A stretch of DNA of 64,000 bases, taken from an uncultured virus (IMG/VR IMGVR_UViG_3300032677_000013). Taxonomy: Duplodnaviria; Heunggongvirae; Uroviricota; Caudoviricetes. Below, piece by piece: positions 8,864-18,436 of this stretch (positions are counted from its first letter, which is position 1; each line of letters opens with the position of its first letter). Both the position numbers and the translations under genes were made by a program. The notes below the pieces were generated by a model. That model ran no database searches, was not told the origin of the DNA, and saw only the letters and a program-made list of their open reading frames with translations. Where the stretch lies: the IMG/VR virus record IMGVR_UViG_3300032677_000013; one strand, given 5' to 3'.

Positions 8864-10413
8864 AGTCCGTCCTCCCAGCCCATGCAAAACACACCCCCAC
8901 TAGCGTCCGCAGACGCATAGTAGATATTGGTTGACTCCAGAACAAACTCTGCAATATTGCTGTAGCTGTAATTTGAAAATGAAACTGGTGGAGGGTTTGT
9001 GGTGCTGGTATATGCTCCATAGGAGTTATTGGGCGCAACTTGTAGTGCGCCAGTAGAAGCGTTAAGAACTGAAATCCTGATTTTATAAGCTGTCGGCGGA
9101 ACAACGGAGCTGACAGAAAAAGATGACCAGGTGGGCGTGGACGGCGAACCTGTGGTGCCGGAACAGATAGGCGGCATCGCGGCAACGTTATCACCTGATG
9201 TGACAACGTATTGAGCCACGCGACCATATTGCAGCGTCTGCAGAAGATACTTACTGCCACTCGCATCGGTGCGAACGGCTCCAACGCGGGCCGAATAGGT
9301 ATAGCCGGTGGGCAGCGTCGGTGCGGTAGCGGATAGTGAGAATAGCCCCGCTACAGTTGCAGTCGCCGGATTATATATGACCCATACATAATACCACGTC
9401 GATCCCGCCAAAGTCCCGGTATCAAGCCCGTTGGGGCCACTGGCGTTAATCGCTGGCGAGACGCTCACCGTCTTGGCTACATATACGCCACCAGCAGCGG
9501 ACGACAAAACAATACTCCCAGCAGTCACTGCGCTGGTGAAGTTTGTTGAGCCCTGCGTTGCGATCTTGAGGCTGGTGTAGCCTCCTACCGAAAGCGCAGA
9601 AGATGATGCACCATCGGATGCAACAAACCATCCCGTTGCATTTCCGGTGAGTGCCAAAACCTCCCCGGATGCGACAGCCAAGGTATTGGCGGAAGCGCCA
9701 TACATCGAAGTAATAGTCTCCGATGCATTCCCCTTGATCGTGCCTCCATAGGCCCCGCCAAGAAATGTCATCGTCTGGCCATATGTAACGGCAACAATCG
9801 GCGGCAGGGTCGCGGTAACGCTGGCAGCGGTGAAACGAGCCACGCCGCCCAAAGAAGAGTTAGCAAGTGTTGCGGAACTTGCGAGCGAGATCATTGCAAC
9901 ATCTTGATAGGCAGCCCCAAGTGTGCGGACCCAGAGCGAATTAACTGCTTTGGTGCTATCGTCCGTTGTTCCCGGAGTTGGAACAATCGGGCTATTGTCG
10001 AATATCTCTGTGCCCGCGTACGTGTTGTTGCCGCTGAATGTATTGTTGCCAGCGAGCGTTGGGATAGTCCCCAAAGCCGCAATAGCCGTCGCAAGCGTGG
10101 CAGCGGTTATAGGCGACACCATGTTGTCCACTGTCCAGATAGGGCTGGTTGGCGGATCGGTATCGGTGGGGAGCGCAAACTCAAACTTGTATGACAGGGA
10201 CGTATCAAGCCAGACATTGGCATTGCCGTTGCTGTCGAGAATGACGGGATTGGTGTTGTGCGTCCCGCCCGTGCTGTCGGTGTAAGTTGACTGTTTTGTC
10301 GTCGTTCCAGCGGCATAAGTAAACAGCTTATAGCCGCTTGCAGGCTGGCCCTGACTGTCCTGATGAAATACCGGGAAGGGGGAAAGAAGGGTGGTAGTCA
10401 TTCTTAGTCCCAA
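8860..10413 (-). CDS. tail fibre/tailspike
   Basis: G.P.SGYKLFTYAAGTTT..TYTD..NTNPVILD anchor domain; NGLDTG..TWYYVWVI domain. Confidence 0.8.
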   Translation of the reverse strand: MGLRMTTTLLSPFPVFHQDSQGQPASGYKLFTYAAGTTTKQSTYTDSTGGTHNTNPVILDSNGNANVWLDTSLSYKFEFALPTDTDPPTSPIWTVDNMVSPITAATLATAIAALGTIPTLAGNNTFSGNNTYAGTEIFDNSPIVPTPGTTDDSTKAVNSLWVRTLGAAYQDVAMISLASSATLANSSLGGVARFTAASVTATLPPIVAVTYGQTMTFLGGAYGGTIKGNASETITSMYGASANTLAVASGEVLALTGNATGWFVASDGASSSALSVGGYTSLKIATQGSTNFTSAVTAGSIVLSSAAGGVYVAKTVSVSPAINASGPNGLDTGTLAGSTWYYVWVIYNPATATVAGLFSLSATAPTLPTGYTYSARVGAVRTDASGSKYLLQTLQYGRVAQYVVTSGDNVAAMPPICSGTTGSPSTPTWSSFSVSSVVPPTAYKIRISVLNASTGALQVAPNNSYGAYTSTTNPPPVSFSNYSYSNIAEFVLESTNIYYASADASGGVFCMGWEDGL

Positions 10414-11723
10414 TCCATATCAAGACAGAAACCGGCCTTGTGAGCCACTGGTAGCTGCTTTTCCAGACGCGCGCCAATATCCTTGCGATATTGCGCATCA
10501 GAATAACTTATCTTTCCAATAGCGTCATAGCATGACTTGCGCGCTTTTGAAACTGTCTCGCCAAGCCCTGTCACAACCGCCACTAATTCGCCCGCCGTCT
10601 GGTTGCAGAGTTTATCCACAACTTTATCGCCATCCATGACAGGCCCTTTGCCCATCATCATCATGACCGGGTGGCACTGATCCCATAGTTCTTCCATGCC
10701 GGCGATCGGGTTGCCTACTACGTTATCAGCCTTGCCGTTCCATTGGGGATAGGGCGGCTGCGACATGACCACGCCAATAGCGGGGCGATAATCCACCTTG
10801 AGATTATCCTCTCCGTCGAGCAGATCACGCATCCATTGCGCCACATCTCCCTTATGAGATGCCACTTGAATATAGAAGGCGGGCCAGCCGAGCCGGGATG
10901 TAAACTCGAACGGCCACGCCTTCCCTTTGCTATCGATACCACAACCGACCGCAAAGTCCCCGCGATGACCCAGAGAGGAGAGTATCGGGGCCATCGGGAG
11001 TAGAAAATCATCCGCCAGTTTGGCGCTTTCAACGTATTGACAAACAGTCCCTTCCTCACCTGTCGCCGGGCCAACATCGCCAGCCATGAACTTTTTGAAC
11101 TCCCAGCACTCTTGATATTTGCTGGGCAGGAAGCCCTCTGGGCCAAACCAGCCAGAGATGCCGACCTCGGCCACCATGTCGATTTTCTCCTGCAACATGC
11201 AGGGGGCCTTCAACACCATGCCGCGAGCGCGCTGGCGCTGTATCCATCCCACCATGTCGGCGGGGGAGTTGCTGACGTAGGTGAGAGCCTTGTCCTCTTC
11301 AGAACCCATAGGCTTGAAAACGTATGCCTGATCCGATTTGCGCGCGAAGGCTTCAGCGGCTTCCAGCGTCGGGAATGTCTCGTAATGGGGAAGGTCAATG
11401 CCGATGGACTTCATCGCCTTCATGCCCGCTTCGCGGTTGACCTCAAGATTTGCGCTGGCAACCGTGGGGGAGAATATCTTGAAGCCCAGATCACGGTAGC
11501 GATCCAGTTCATGCAGCCACTTGGCATTGCCGGTGGTCAGGATCAGGCCGTCTTTGGCCCATCCCATAGACTGCCGCCAGTCATCGACAACCGTCAGGCC
11601 CTTGAAGCCCTTGCCGATAGGGCGGAGCGGCGGACGGAACAGGCGAACATCATGCCCATCCGCGATGCAGCGCAGGCAGAAGTCTAGGCCGGATGATTCC
11701 CCGTCAATGCAAAGCACCCTCAT
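10404..11723 (-). CDS. PurD (GAR synthetase)-like ATP-grasp ligase
   Basis: LE.NR..G, TGEEGT, FEFTSRLGWP, C-terminal G..VSKA....Y..YRKDIG. Confidence 0.8.
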   Translation of the reverse strand: MRVLCIDGESSGLDFCLRCIADGHDVRLFRPPLRPIGKGFKGLTVVDDWRQSMGWAKDGLILTTGNAKWLHELDRYRDLGFKIFSPTVASANLEVNREAGMKAMKSIGIDLPHYETFPTLEAAEAFARKSDQAYVFKPMGSEEDKALTYVSNSPADMVGWIQRQRARGMVLKAPCMLQEKIDMVAEVGISGWFGPEGFLPSKYQECWEFKKFMAGDVGPATGEEGTVCQYVESAKLADDFLLPMAPILSSLGHRGDFAVGCGIDSKGKAWPFEFTSRLGWPAFYIQVASHKGDVAQWMRDLLDGEDNLKVDYRPAIGVVMSQPPYPQWNGKADNVVGNPIAGMEELWDQCHPVMMMMGKGPVMDGDKVVDKLCNQTAGELVAVVTGLGETVSKARKSCYDAIGKISYSDAQYRKDIGARLEKQLPVAHKAGFCLDMDWD

Positions 11724-12196
11724 TTTTCGCCCTTTTTAGGTGCGCGGTCATCGTAAATCACAGATCCGTCAGGGGCAACGAGTTGGTCCTTCTCATTCCA
11801 ATGCGGCGCGGTTTTGGGGTTGGCCCATTGGCTTTCAGCGGAAAAACTCTCGTGGTACGGTGTTTTCCAATAATCACTGTAATGCAGTTTCCCGTCGTTA
11901 GGATCGACGGCGTTTGCCGCACGCGGGTCACCTGTCTGCATGGCCTTCCAGAATCCAAGCATGTCGTAATCAGTTACCGGCGCGTTGGCATCGAACGGCA
12001 CTTTGTTTTCGGCCAACCACTGCCGGAATGCCTTTTCATCATTACCCGGCAACGGCGTATTATAGACGTGATCGCCCGGAGCGACATACGCCTGATTGCG
12101 CTTGAAATAGTCTGGCGGCGCATCATCCGCTTGTGGCGCGGCGATGGCTTGTGGAACTGCGTCGGCAGCCATCAAGATATCGAGAAGCGCGTTCAC
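11720..12196 (-). CDS. conserved phage hypothetical protein
   Basis: DYD..GFWKA..H..D.WKTP.H.SFS.ES motif; coupled on both sides. Confidence 0.7.
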   Translation of the reverse strand: MNALLDILMAADAVPQAIAAPQADDAPPDYFKRNQAYVAPGDHVYNTPLPGNDEKAFRQWLAENKVPFDANAPVTDYDMLGFWKAMQTGDPRAANAVDPNDGKLHYSDYWKTPYHESFSAESQWANPKTAPHWNEKDQLVAPDGSVIYDDRAPKKGEK

Positions 12197-14598
12197 TGCC
12201 CATTACCCAAATCGCTAGCCCCAGCCACCGCACCAGCGCCCGCCCCGATATGCGCGGCGGTGCGGCCATAGTCTCGGGCTTGCAGGCGGCGGGATGCTTG
12301 CAGGAGGAAGTTGCGATTCTGTGGCGATGCTGTTTGTGCGCTGCGCTCCAGCACATGGTTCAACAGCGCATTGGTGCCTGGCGCCCCCGGCGCGCTCGAA
12401 AGAGGCTCAGACAGGATACGTGCGGCGGCGGCATCAATCGCCGGATCGCGCCGCTCCGCATGATATTTCAAAGCCTCCATCGCGTGTTTGGCCGCACTAC
12501 CCATTCTGCCAGTAGCAGCGCCTAAAGCGGCTTTTCCAGCGTGATTTGCCATCATTTCTTCGCTGCTGGCATCTTCCGCCACCCGCCCGCCAGTTTGTGA
12601 TCCACCGACGACATGCGCCTTGGTGTCAAACATCATCGCCTCAGCTTCTACCGAATGCACAAATTTATCGGCTTCCTCTGGAGACTTGAACAACTGGCGC
12701 AGCTGGGCCTGCGTATAGTCGTTTTTCATTATCGACTTTGCTTCATCTCCCCCCCTCCCCGTCTGGGCAAGCCTCTTGAGCAAGGCGTCCGCAGCGCCAA
12801 GCTTATAGAACTCGCGCTCGCTATCCGTGGCATCCTTGAGATAGTCCCTAATTTCCTCAGGACGCCGCGTCAGGAACTTTCGCCCGCGTTCAATGGCGGT
12901 ATCCGCCGAAGCCTGCCCCGCATAGGCGTCTAGCGCCTTGCCATAATCGGGATTGTATTTTCTAAGTGCTGTGCGAAATTGGGTGCGCGTTTGATTGGCA
13001 GCGCGGCCATATGTATTTAGGTTCAGCTTGCCGGTTACGTCGCTGCGGCTGGCTTCAATAATATCATCCATGCCGCGCTTGACGTAATCGAGTGTTTGCC
13101 ATGACGGCACTTTAGCAAAGCGTGGTTCACCGGCATCATCGAATACAATGCCGAGCGAATTAGGATCACGTCCCTCCTCGGCTGCGATATTCAAAGCTTT
13201 GCCCATTGCCTGTCTGAATGAAGGGCGCTTTGCCAATTCCTTTAGCACCCCACCATCCGCTGTCAGCGCTTCCGGGTTCAGTGGTGGGTGCGCATAGGCT
13301 TTATCATACAAAGGCCCCGCAATGGCCAAACGACTGGCTTTCAGGGCTTGCTGGCTCTGATAAGCGTTACCGCGCTGAATATGCGTCTCTATGGCCTCGG
13401 CCATGCGCTTGCCTGCTTCTGCATCTCGATTTTTCAGAAAACCAGTCAGGATGTTGCGGCTTTCACCCGGCTTCCGAGCCAGCCGGCCAGCATAGCCTTT
13501 GACGTTTTCCCCACCTACATCCATCAGCGTAAGGTTCGGTTGCGCCTTGGTGCGAATATCTATCATATCCTGTGCATTTGGGCCGCCGCCCTTGGCGTCC
13601 GCTTCCATGCGCGCCAAAACACGATCCATTGCCACCTGGTCGATAGCTTCCGTTCCCTTGGCTTTTTGCACGAAATTGACCAGCGCTTTAGCTCCCGGCT
13701 TTGTGACAGCCGCAGCCAAACGCACAGGCGCGGTAATGGCCCGTTGCACCACTCCCGGTTCACTTACTACGGCGCGCCGGTTTTCCAGTATTACCCGAGC
13801 GGCGTTCTTGCTGATGCCTTCTGCCTTGGCGAGTTTGGATACCTCCATTGCGCCTTTTGCCTCCCCGCCAAAGGGAATGGCGATAGATGCAATATCACCT
13901 ATCGTGCGACGGTTGACGCCAGTCATGGCCTCAAGAGGCCTCCCAATGATAGAAGTGAGCGCGCCAGTGATCGGCGCACCAACCTCCCCCAGCACATCCA
14001 TCGTGGTCTCTAGAGATGTCAATGGATTGAGGCTGCCAGCGTTTTTGCGCTGATCGGCAAGGAGTTTGGTATTGGCCTCTGTAACTTGCTTACCGATCTC
14101 GCGGGGAATATCGGCAAAACTCTCGCCAATCTCGCCCATCCATGTTTTCTTGGGGGCGGCTTGGGCCTTTGGCTTTTCAATCGGCTCCTCAGATACAAGT
14201 TGCCAGTCATCGCTTGTGGGAGGGGTATGAGAGCCGCCAATCGGCACCGCAACGTGCAGATGCGCGCCCTGCGTGGCCCTCTGACCTTCAGGGTAATAGT
14301 GCAGGAAGTCAGCACCCGTCTCTTGCAGCTTACGCGCCACTTGCCGGGGATTGAGGCCGTCAACCACAATATCGTAGGCTCCGGGGTTTTCAGGTGTGCC
14401 CCGGCTGTGATCGGACAACTTGCCCGGTGCGACCGTCTCTGCTCCTTCCGCGCGCAATTCATTCTCGCGATCAGGCGTGCGGTATCCACCCGTCTGATGC
14501 CACTTTCCCTTGCCGAAGGTGCTATCCATCAAGGTGGTAAAGTCCTTGTGGCTATCCACCTTGGGGGCTGGGGCCTCAGATGCAACTTCCCAGCCCAT
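12193..14598 (-). CDS. large ejection protein with N-terminal M15-like peptidase domain
   Basis: third gene of ejection cluster; GGYRT..SDH..AYD..HLHV motif. Confidence 0.65.
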   Translation of the reverse strand: MGWEVASEAPAPKVDSHKDFTTLMDSTFGKGKWHQTGGYRTPDRENELRAEGAETVAPGKLSDHSRGTPENPGAYDIVVDGLNPRQVARKLQETGADFLHYYPEGQRATQGAHLHVAVPIGGSHTPPTSDDWQLVSEEPIEKPKAQAAPKKTWMGEIGESFADIPREIGKQVTEANTKLLADQRKNAGSLNPLTSLETTMDVLGEVGAPITGALTSIIGRPLEAMTGVNRRTIGDIASIAIPFGGEAKGAMEVSKLAKAEGISKNAARVILENRRAVVSEPGVVQRAITAPVRLAAAVTKPGAKALVNFVQKAKGTEAIDQVAMDRVLARMEADAKGGGPNAQDMIDIRTKAQPNLTLMDVGGENVKGYAGRLARKPGESRNILTGFLKNRDAEAGKRMAEAIETHIQRGNAYQSQQALKASRLAIAGPLYDKAYAHPPLNPEALTADGGVLKELAKRPSFRQAMGKALNIAAEEGRDPNSLGIVFDDAGEPRFAKVPSWQTLDYVKRGMDDIIEASRSDVTGKLNLNTYGRAANQTRTQFRTALRKYNPDYGKALDAYAGQASADTAIERGRKFLTRRPEEIRDYLKDATDSEREFYKLGAADALLKRLAQTGRGGDEAKSIMKNDYTQAQLRQLFKSPEEADKFVHSVEAEAMMFDTKAHVVGGSQTGGRVAEDASSEEMMANHAGKAALGAATGRMGSAAKHAMEALKYHAERRDPAIDAAAARILSEPLSSAPGAPGTNALLNHVLERSAQTASPQNRNFLLQASRRLQARDYGRTAAHIGAGAGAVAGASDLGNGQ

Positions 14599-15998
14599 TA
14601 CTGATCAACCCGCTTGGCGTTACCATCCGCGCCGATGGTCCATTTCTGGCCATTCTTAAACGTGGTGATCTTGTCGCGGCTCAGCAGGTTAAGCGGGGGG
14701 TGTGCGCCACCCTCTCCCTTGGTCTGGTCGCGGGCCGGAAGACTGGAAAGTTCGGTTTCACTCTCCTTCTTCATGCGATTCAGCACGGCATTGTAAGCCT
14801 CTTGGCTAGTTGCATCACTCAACATCTTTTCGCCGCGCTGCACGGCGTTGACGGTGAGGCTCCCATTCGGGTTGATGTTCCTCGCCCACTGATTGACCAC
14901 GGCCTCGGTTGCTACGAACGCCTCTGCCTGATCCGGGTCAGCAGTGCCATTGGCAACCGCCCTTTGCAGCTTGTTATATGGCATAAACCTGTCGCGCGGC
15001 AGTTTGGCGTAAACCTCTCGGGCCTGATCGATTAGCCCATCGATAGCCTTGACGCCCTGCTGCAACTGAGCGCCGCGCTTGCCTTCATATGTGCCACCGG
15101 CGCGGCCCGCAGCAATGTCCGCATTGAACTTGACCAGATCATCCGCCGTGGCGTCTGGATGCTCCTCCATATAACGCTGCGTTGCCATGGCCGCCGCCGA
15201 ACGTGGAGTTCCGCCCGCGATCTTCTGCGCGCCCTGTGGGGTATATGGCTGGCCGTCGAGGGTTTGAAACTTCTGGCCGCGCGGTGCTGTGGGATTGAAA
15301 ATGTATTGCGTGTTGGTTTTAGGGTCGGTCAGGATTTGCTCGCCCTTCGTCTCCCCCTGCTCCCGCCGTAACCCAAGAGCTGCATCGGCCTGCTTCTCGC
15401 GCGCCTCGTTCTCGCGTTCATGGATATCCTGCTCCGCCGTAATCGCGTAAGAGCGTGTCTGGATAGGGTCAAAATTACCCGGCAAGCGGTCGATCTCTTC
15501 CGCGCTGAACATGCCAGATTTACCCAGATCGTTCAGTTGCTTGGTGTAAATCTGTTGCGCAACCAGCTTGGCCGCGTCGGGGGATTTTCCCTCTTTCAAT
15601 GCCTCATCATAGGCCACAATAGACGCGCCAGCACCTTCCGACAAAGCCTTCCGCTTCGCAGCATAGGTTTCGCTCTGGATATGTTTCGCCAGCGCCTCGC
15701 GTTCATCGATCTGCGCATTGGTGCCAAGCAGCTTCTCCCCGGTCGTGGGGTCAATCCTCAGCGCCTTGGATAGCGCGTTCTGGCTGATCCGCCCCGTCTT
15801 GGGGTCAACCGCGTCTGGCTCAGTCAATATCTGCCGCAAAGCGTTTTGCTGCTTCATCTGATATTGCTGCTGCTGCTGATCCATCTGCATCTGCTTGATT
15901 TTGAGCGCAGTGCCGTAAATCTCAGCAAGCTGGTTTTGCGGCTGCGGATTGATCGCAAGCGGGATGGATGCATCGACGGGCATTTTACGGCCCTCCAA
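14598..15998 (-). CDS. ejection/DNA transfer protein (gp20-like position)
   Basis: MPVDASIPL start, Q-rich helical, synteny. Confidence 0.7.
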   Translation of the reverse strand: MEGRKMPVDASIPLAINPQPQNQLAEIYGTALKIKQMQMDQQQQQYQMKQQNALRQILTEPDAVDPKTGRISQNALSKALRIDPTTGEKLLGTNAQIDEREALAKHIQSETYAAKRKALSEGAGASIVAYDEALKEGKSPDAAKLVAQQIYTKQLNDLGKSGMFSAEEIDRLPGNFDPIQTRSYAITAEQDIHERENEAREKQADAALGLRREQGETKGEQILTDPKTNTQYIFNPTAPRGQKFQTLDGQPYTPQGAQKIAGGTPRSAAAMATQRYMEEHPDATADDLVKFNADIAAGRAGGTYEGKRGAQLQQGVKAIDGLIDQAREVYAKLPRDRFMPYNKLQRAVANGTADPDQAEAFVATEAVVNQWARNINPNGSLTVNAVQRGEKMLSDATSQEAYNAVLNRMKKESETELSSLPARDQTKGEGGAHPPLNLLSRDKITTFKNGQKWTIGADGNAKRVDQ

Positions 15999-16776
15999 AC
16001 GCGGATGTATTTAGCGGAACACCGGTCAATGATGCGTTGCCTGCATAATTGCCGCTGCCCAGCGTGCTCAAAAAGGAATTACTGCCACCGCCATTGAGAA
16101 GTGAACTCAGCAGGTAATTGCTCGACAGGCTATTGATCCCCCCCGAGATGGCATTTGACACCCCCACGGTGCCAGCCGCCGAGGCATTACCCGCGCCGAT
16201 GATGTTCTGCCCGATGGAATTGGCCGTCTGCGCCCCCAACGCCCCGAGATTGCTCGCCGCGTTCTGGCCAGAACCGGCGAGCGTCTGAAGATTGCCAAAC
16301 TGCTGCTGCTGCTGCGCCAGATAGTCGTTAAACTGCTGCTGGTAGGTTGTGCTCGCCAAGCCCTCGCCATAGCTCATCAAGGCTTTCAGCGTATTGCCCC
16401 CACCAACTCCGCCAGTGGCCGATTGCTGGTCTAACAGGGCCTGTTCACCCTGCTGAAGCTGAAACTGATAGCCAGGCGTCTGGGCAAGATTGGCGGGGTT
16501 GAATGCCGCTGTCAGGGAGCCATTGGCCACATTGGCATTGCTCTGGCCGGGAATAAGCCCCTCGCCCTGCATTAGCGCCGTCAGGGCATTGCCACCGGCT
16601 GCCAGATAGGGAGCCTCGTTGGCGGTTGTCTGGGCAAATTGGGCTTGCTGTTCAGCAGTTGCCGCATTTGCCGCCGCCTCCTGCGCTCCAGCGGCGCTGG
16701 ATGCGCCAAGGGCACCGATGCCTGCGGATAGAACGCTACTGCCTGCCAATGCAACCGGAAGAGAAACGCTTGCCAT
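15985..16776 (-). CDS. ejection/DNA transfer protein (P22 gp7-like)
   Basis: G/A/Q-rich, PY..AG, TPGYQF...QG motif. Confidence 0.8.
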   Translation of the reverse strand: MASVSLPVALAGSSVLSAGIGALGASSAAGAQEAAANAATAEQQAQFAQTTANEAPYLAAGGNALTALMQGEGLIPGQSNANVANGSLTAAFNPANLAQTPGYQFQLQQGEQALLDQQSATGGVGGGNTLKALMSYGEGLASTTYQQQFNDYLAQQQQQFGNLQTLAGSGQNAASNLGALGAQTANSIGQNIIGAGNASAAGTVGVSNAISGGINSLSSNYLLSSLLNGGGSNSFLSTLGSGNYAGNASLTGVPLNTSAFGGP

Positions 16777-16777
16777 A

Positions 16778-17248
16778 CTAGTCGCCTATCCACAAAGAAT
16801 ATGTCGCCTGAATCGGTATAGCACCCTGACGCATAAAGAACTTACCAATATCAGAGCCGCGTCCCTTTGTCCTATGATGAGGAAAAATACACTGCACCCC
16901 CATAGACTTAAGAACCTCAACAGACTTGTTAAACAACTCAAAGGCAGCGCGCGCATTGCCGGGGGAGCAATACCACCCTCCCATATATGCAACCAGCAAA
17001 CCCTCGCTCTCAACGTCCTCCGATACTTGCCAAGTGTGATAACCAACCATCTTGCCATCTTTTCGGGCGGTTATCAGCAGCAACGCCCCAGCCTCATACA
17101 TCAAAGCCATCAGCCGTTCGGATAGATTGAACTTGCGCTTTGGTTCTATGTCGTCTCCGTCTGTCTCGTTAAAATGGGATTCCGCCAAAGGTTTTGCTTC
17201 TGCCCACCATCCACTTGACCAAGGCTCAGAGGCAACGGCGAACGTCAT
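16778..17248 (-). CDS. GNAT-fold protein
   Basis: TARKDGKMVGY, WYCSP, FFMRQG pattern; P22 gp14-like position. Confidence 0.7.
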   Translation of the reverse strand: MTFAVASEPWSSGWWAEAKPLAESHFNETDGDDIEPKRKFNLSERLMALMYEAGALLLITARKDGKMVGYHTWQVSEDVESEGLLVAYMGGWYCSPGNARAAFELFNKSVEVLKSMGVQCIFPHHRTKGRGSDIGKFFMRQGAIPIQATYSLWIGD

Positions 17249-17783
17249 CCTTAAGACTTTCTATCTGGCCGCGATTATGTATGAGCTTGCGCATCTGCTT
17301 GCTCATATCAACTTGAATATTCAACGCATCCATGCGTTGCCACCATGATACATCAAAAGGCTTTTCTAAGCAATGTGTGAACAAATCCGCGCATACTTCC
17401 ATCCTCGCCAAATCCTCATAGAAAAATCGCTTAGTGCCGGGCAGGCGCTCAATATCATCAAGATGGCAGTCCCTCACCCGCATTTCATCTTGAAAGCCCG
17501 ATAAACCAAACCGGGCGAGGCTATCGCAAACCTCGTCCCTATCACGCCGCACAGTGACAAACTTAGACATTGGAAGATATTCACGGATAACTGGCCACGC
17601 AAAGGCAGCGCCCGTTTCGCATGTCCCCGGCTTCATCCTATCAATAAAATCAGGGATGCTTTCGCTATCAACCCCCACATCATGACCGATCAGCAACCCA
17701 CCGTAGCTTAGAAACAAGGATAACCATGTTGACCTTGACCTTGGCAGCGAGAAGATGACAAACGGCGTCATGTCTTGATGCAC
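17226..17783 (-). CDS. sulfotransferase-like P-loop protein
   Basis: FVIFSLPRSRSTWL (5'-PSB-like) and VRRD..EV..SL (3'-PB-like). Confidence 0.65.
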   Translation of the reverse strand: MHQDMTPFVIFSLPRSRSTWLSLFLSYGGLLIGHDVGVDSESIPDFIDRMKPGTCETGAAFAWPVIREYLPMSKFVTVRRDRDEVCDSLARFGLSGFQDEMRVRDCHLDDIERLPGTKRFFYEDLARMEVCADLFTHCLEKPFDVSWWQRMDALNIQVDMSKQMRKLIHNRGQIESLKDDVRRCL

Positions 17784-18436
17784 TTCAACACAGTGGCATA
17801 GGGCGGGATGATCGCAAACGCATCGCCCGAGCCCGTGTTGTTGGTGGTAACGCCAGTGGTAGCCGTGTTTATCGTGATGCCCGTTGCGCTGGTGCCGGTG
17901 TTGCCCGCAGTCCCTGAACCAGCCCCAGAACCTATGGTATTGGTGTTGGACGCCACCAATGCCGTGTGATTGTGGCCGGGATCGGTAATAGCGTGCAAGT
18001 GCCCCGGATCAATGACAGGGTGATTGTGGGCAGGCAAATTGCCTACATCGAGCGTGGCAGTAGCAGAACCGCCTAATGTCCCAACAGGATTAGACCCATT
18101 GGCCCCATAAATGAACACGCCGCGAAAATCAGGCACATTGAACGTGGTAGAGCCATCGCCAGACCCCCAAGTTACCCCTATCGCCTCATAGAGAGATGCA
18201 TACACAGTGCGGCTGACCGCAGACCCGTTGCACGCCAAATAGCCATCAGGGGCAGTCGGGCCGCAATAGTCGATGAGGCTACCGCTAACCACCGTCTGAT
18301 CTCCGCCAGCCACCCCGCCAGTGCGGTTGAACAATTGCTGAAGAAAAATATACCAGGGCTGCGTGATGATGCCCGTGGAAGGGTTTGTCAGCATCGCAGC
18401 AAGGCTCGGCATACCTGTTACGCCAGTCGTGCTCAC
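17768..18436 (-). CDS. tail-collar domain protein
   Basis: APDGYLACNGSAVSRTVYASLYEAIG..GDGSTTFNVPDFRG; repeated H.H motifs. Confidence 0.9.
   Translation of the reverse strand: MSTTGVTGMPSLAAMLTNPSTGIITQPWYIFLQQLFNRTGGVAGGDQTVVSGSLIDYCGPTAPDGYLACNGSAVSRTVYASLYEAIGVTWGSGDGSTTFNVPDFRGVFIYGANGSNPVGTLGGSATATLDVGNLPAHNHPVIDPGHLHAITDPGHNHTALVASNTNTIGSGAGSGTAGNTGTSATGITINTATTGVTTNNTGSGDAFAIIPPYATVLKCIKT

Noticed and set aside
10404..11723. Gene symbol purD as an auxiliary metabolic gene
   Set aside because: Lacks the PurD N-terminal signature and sits in a structural operon
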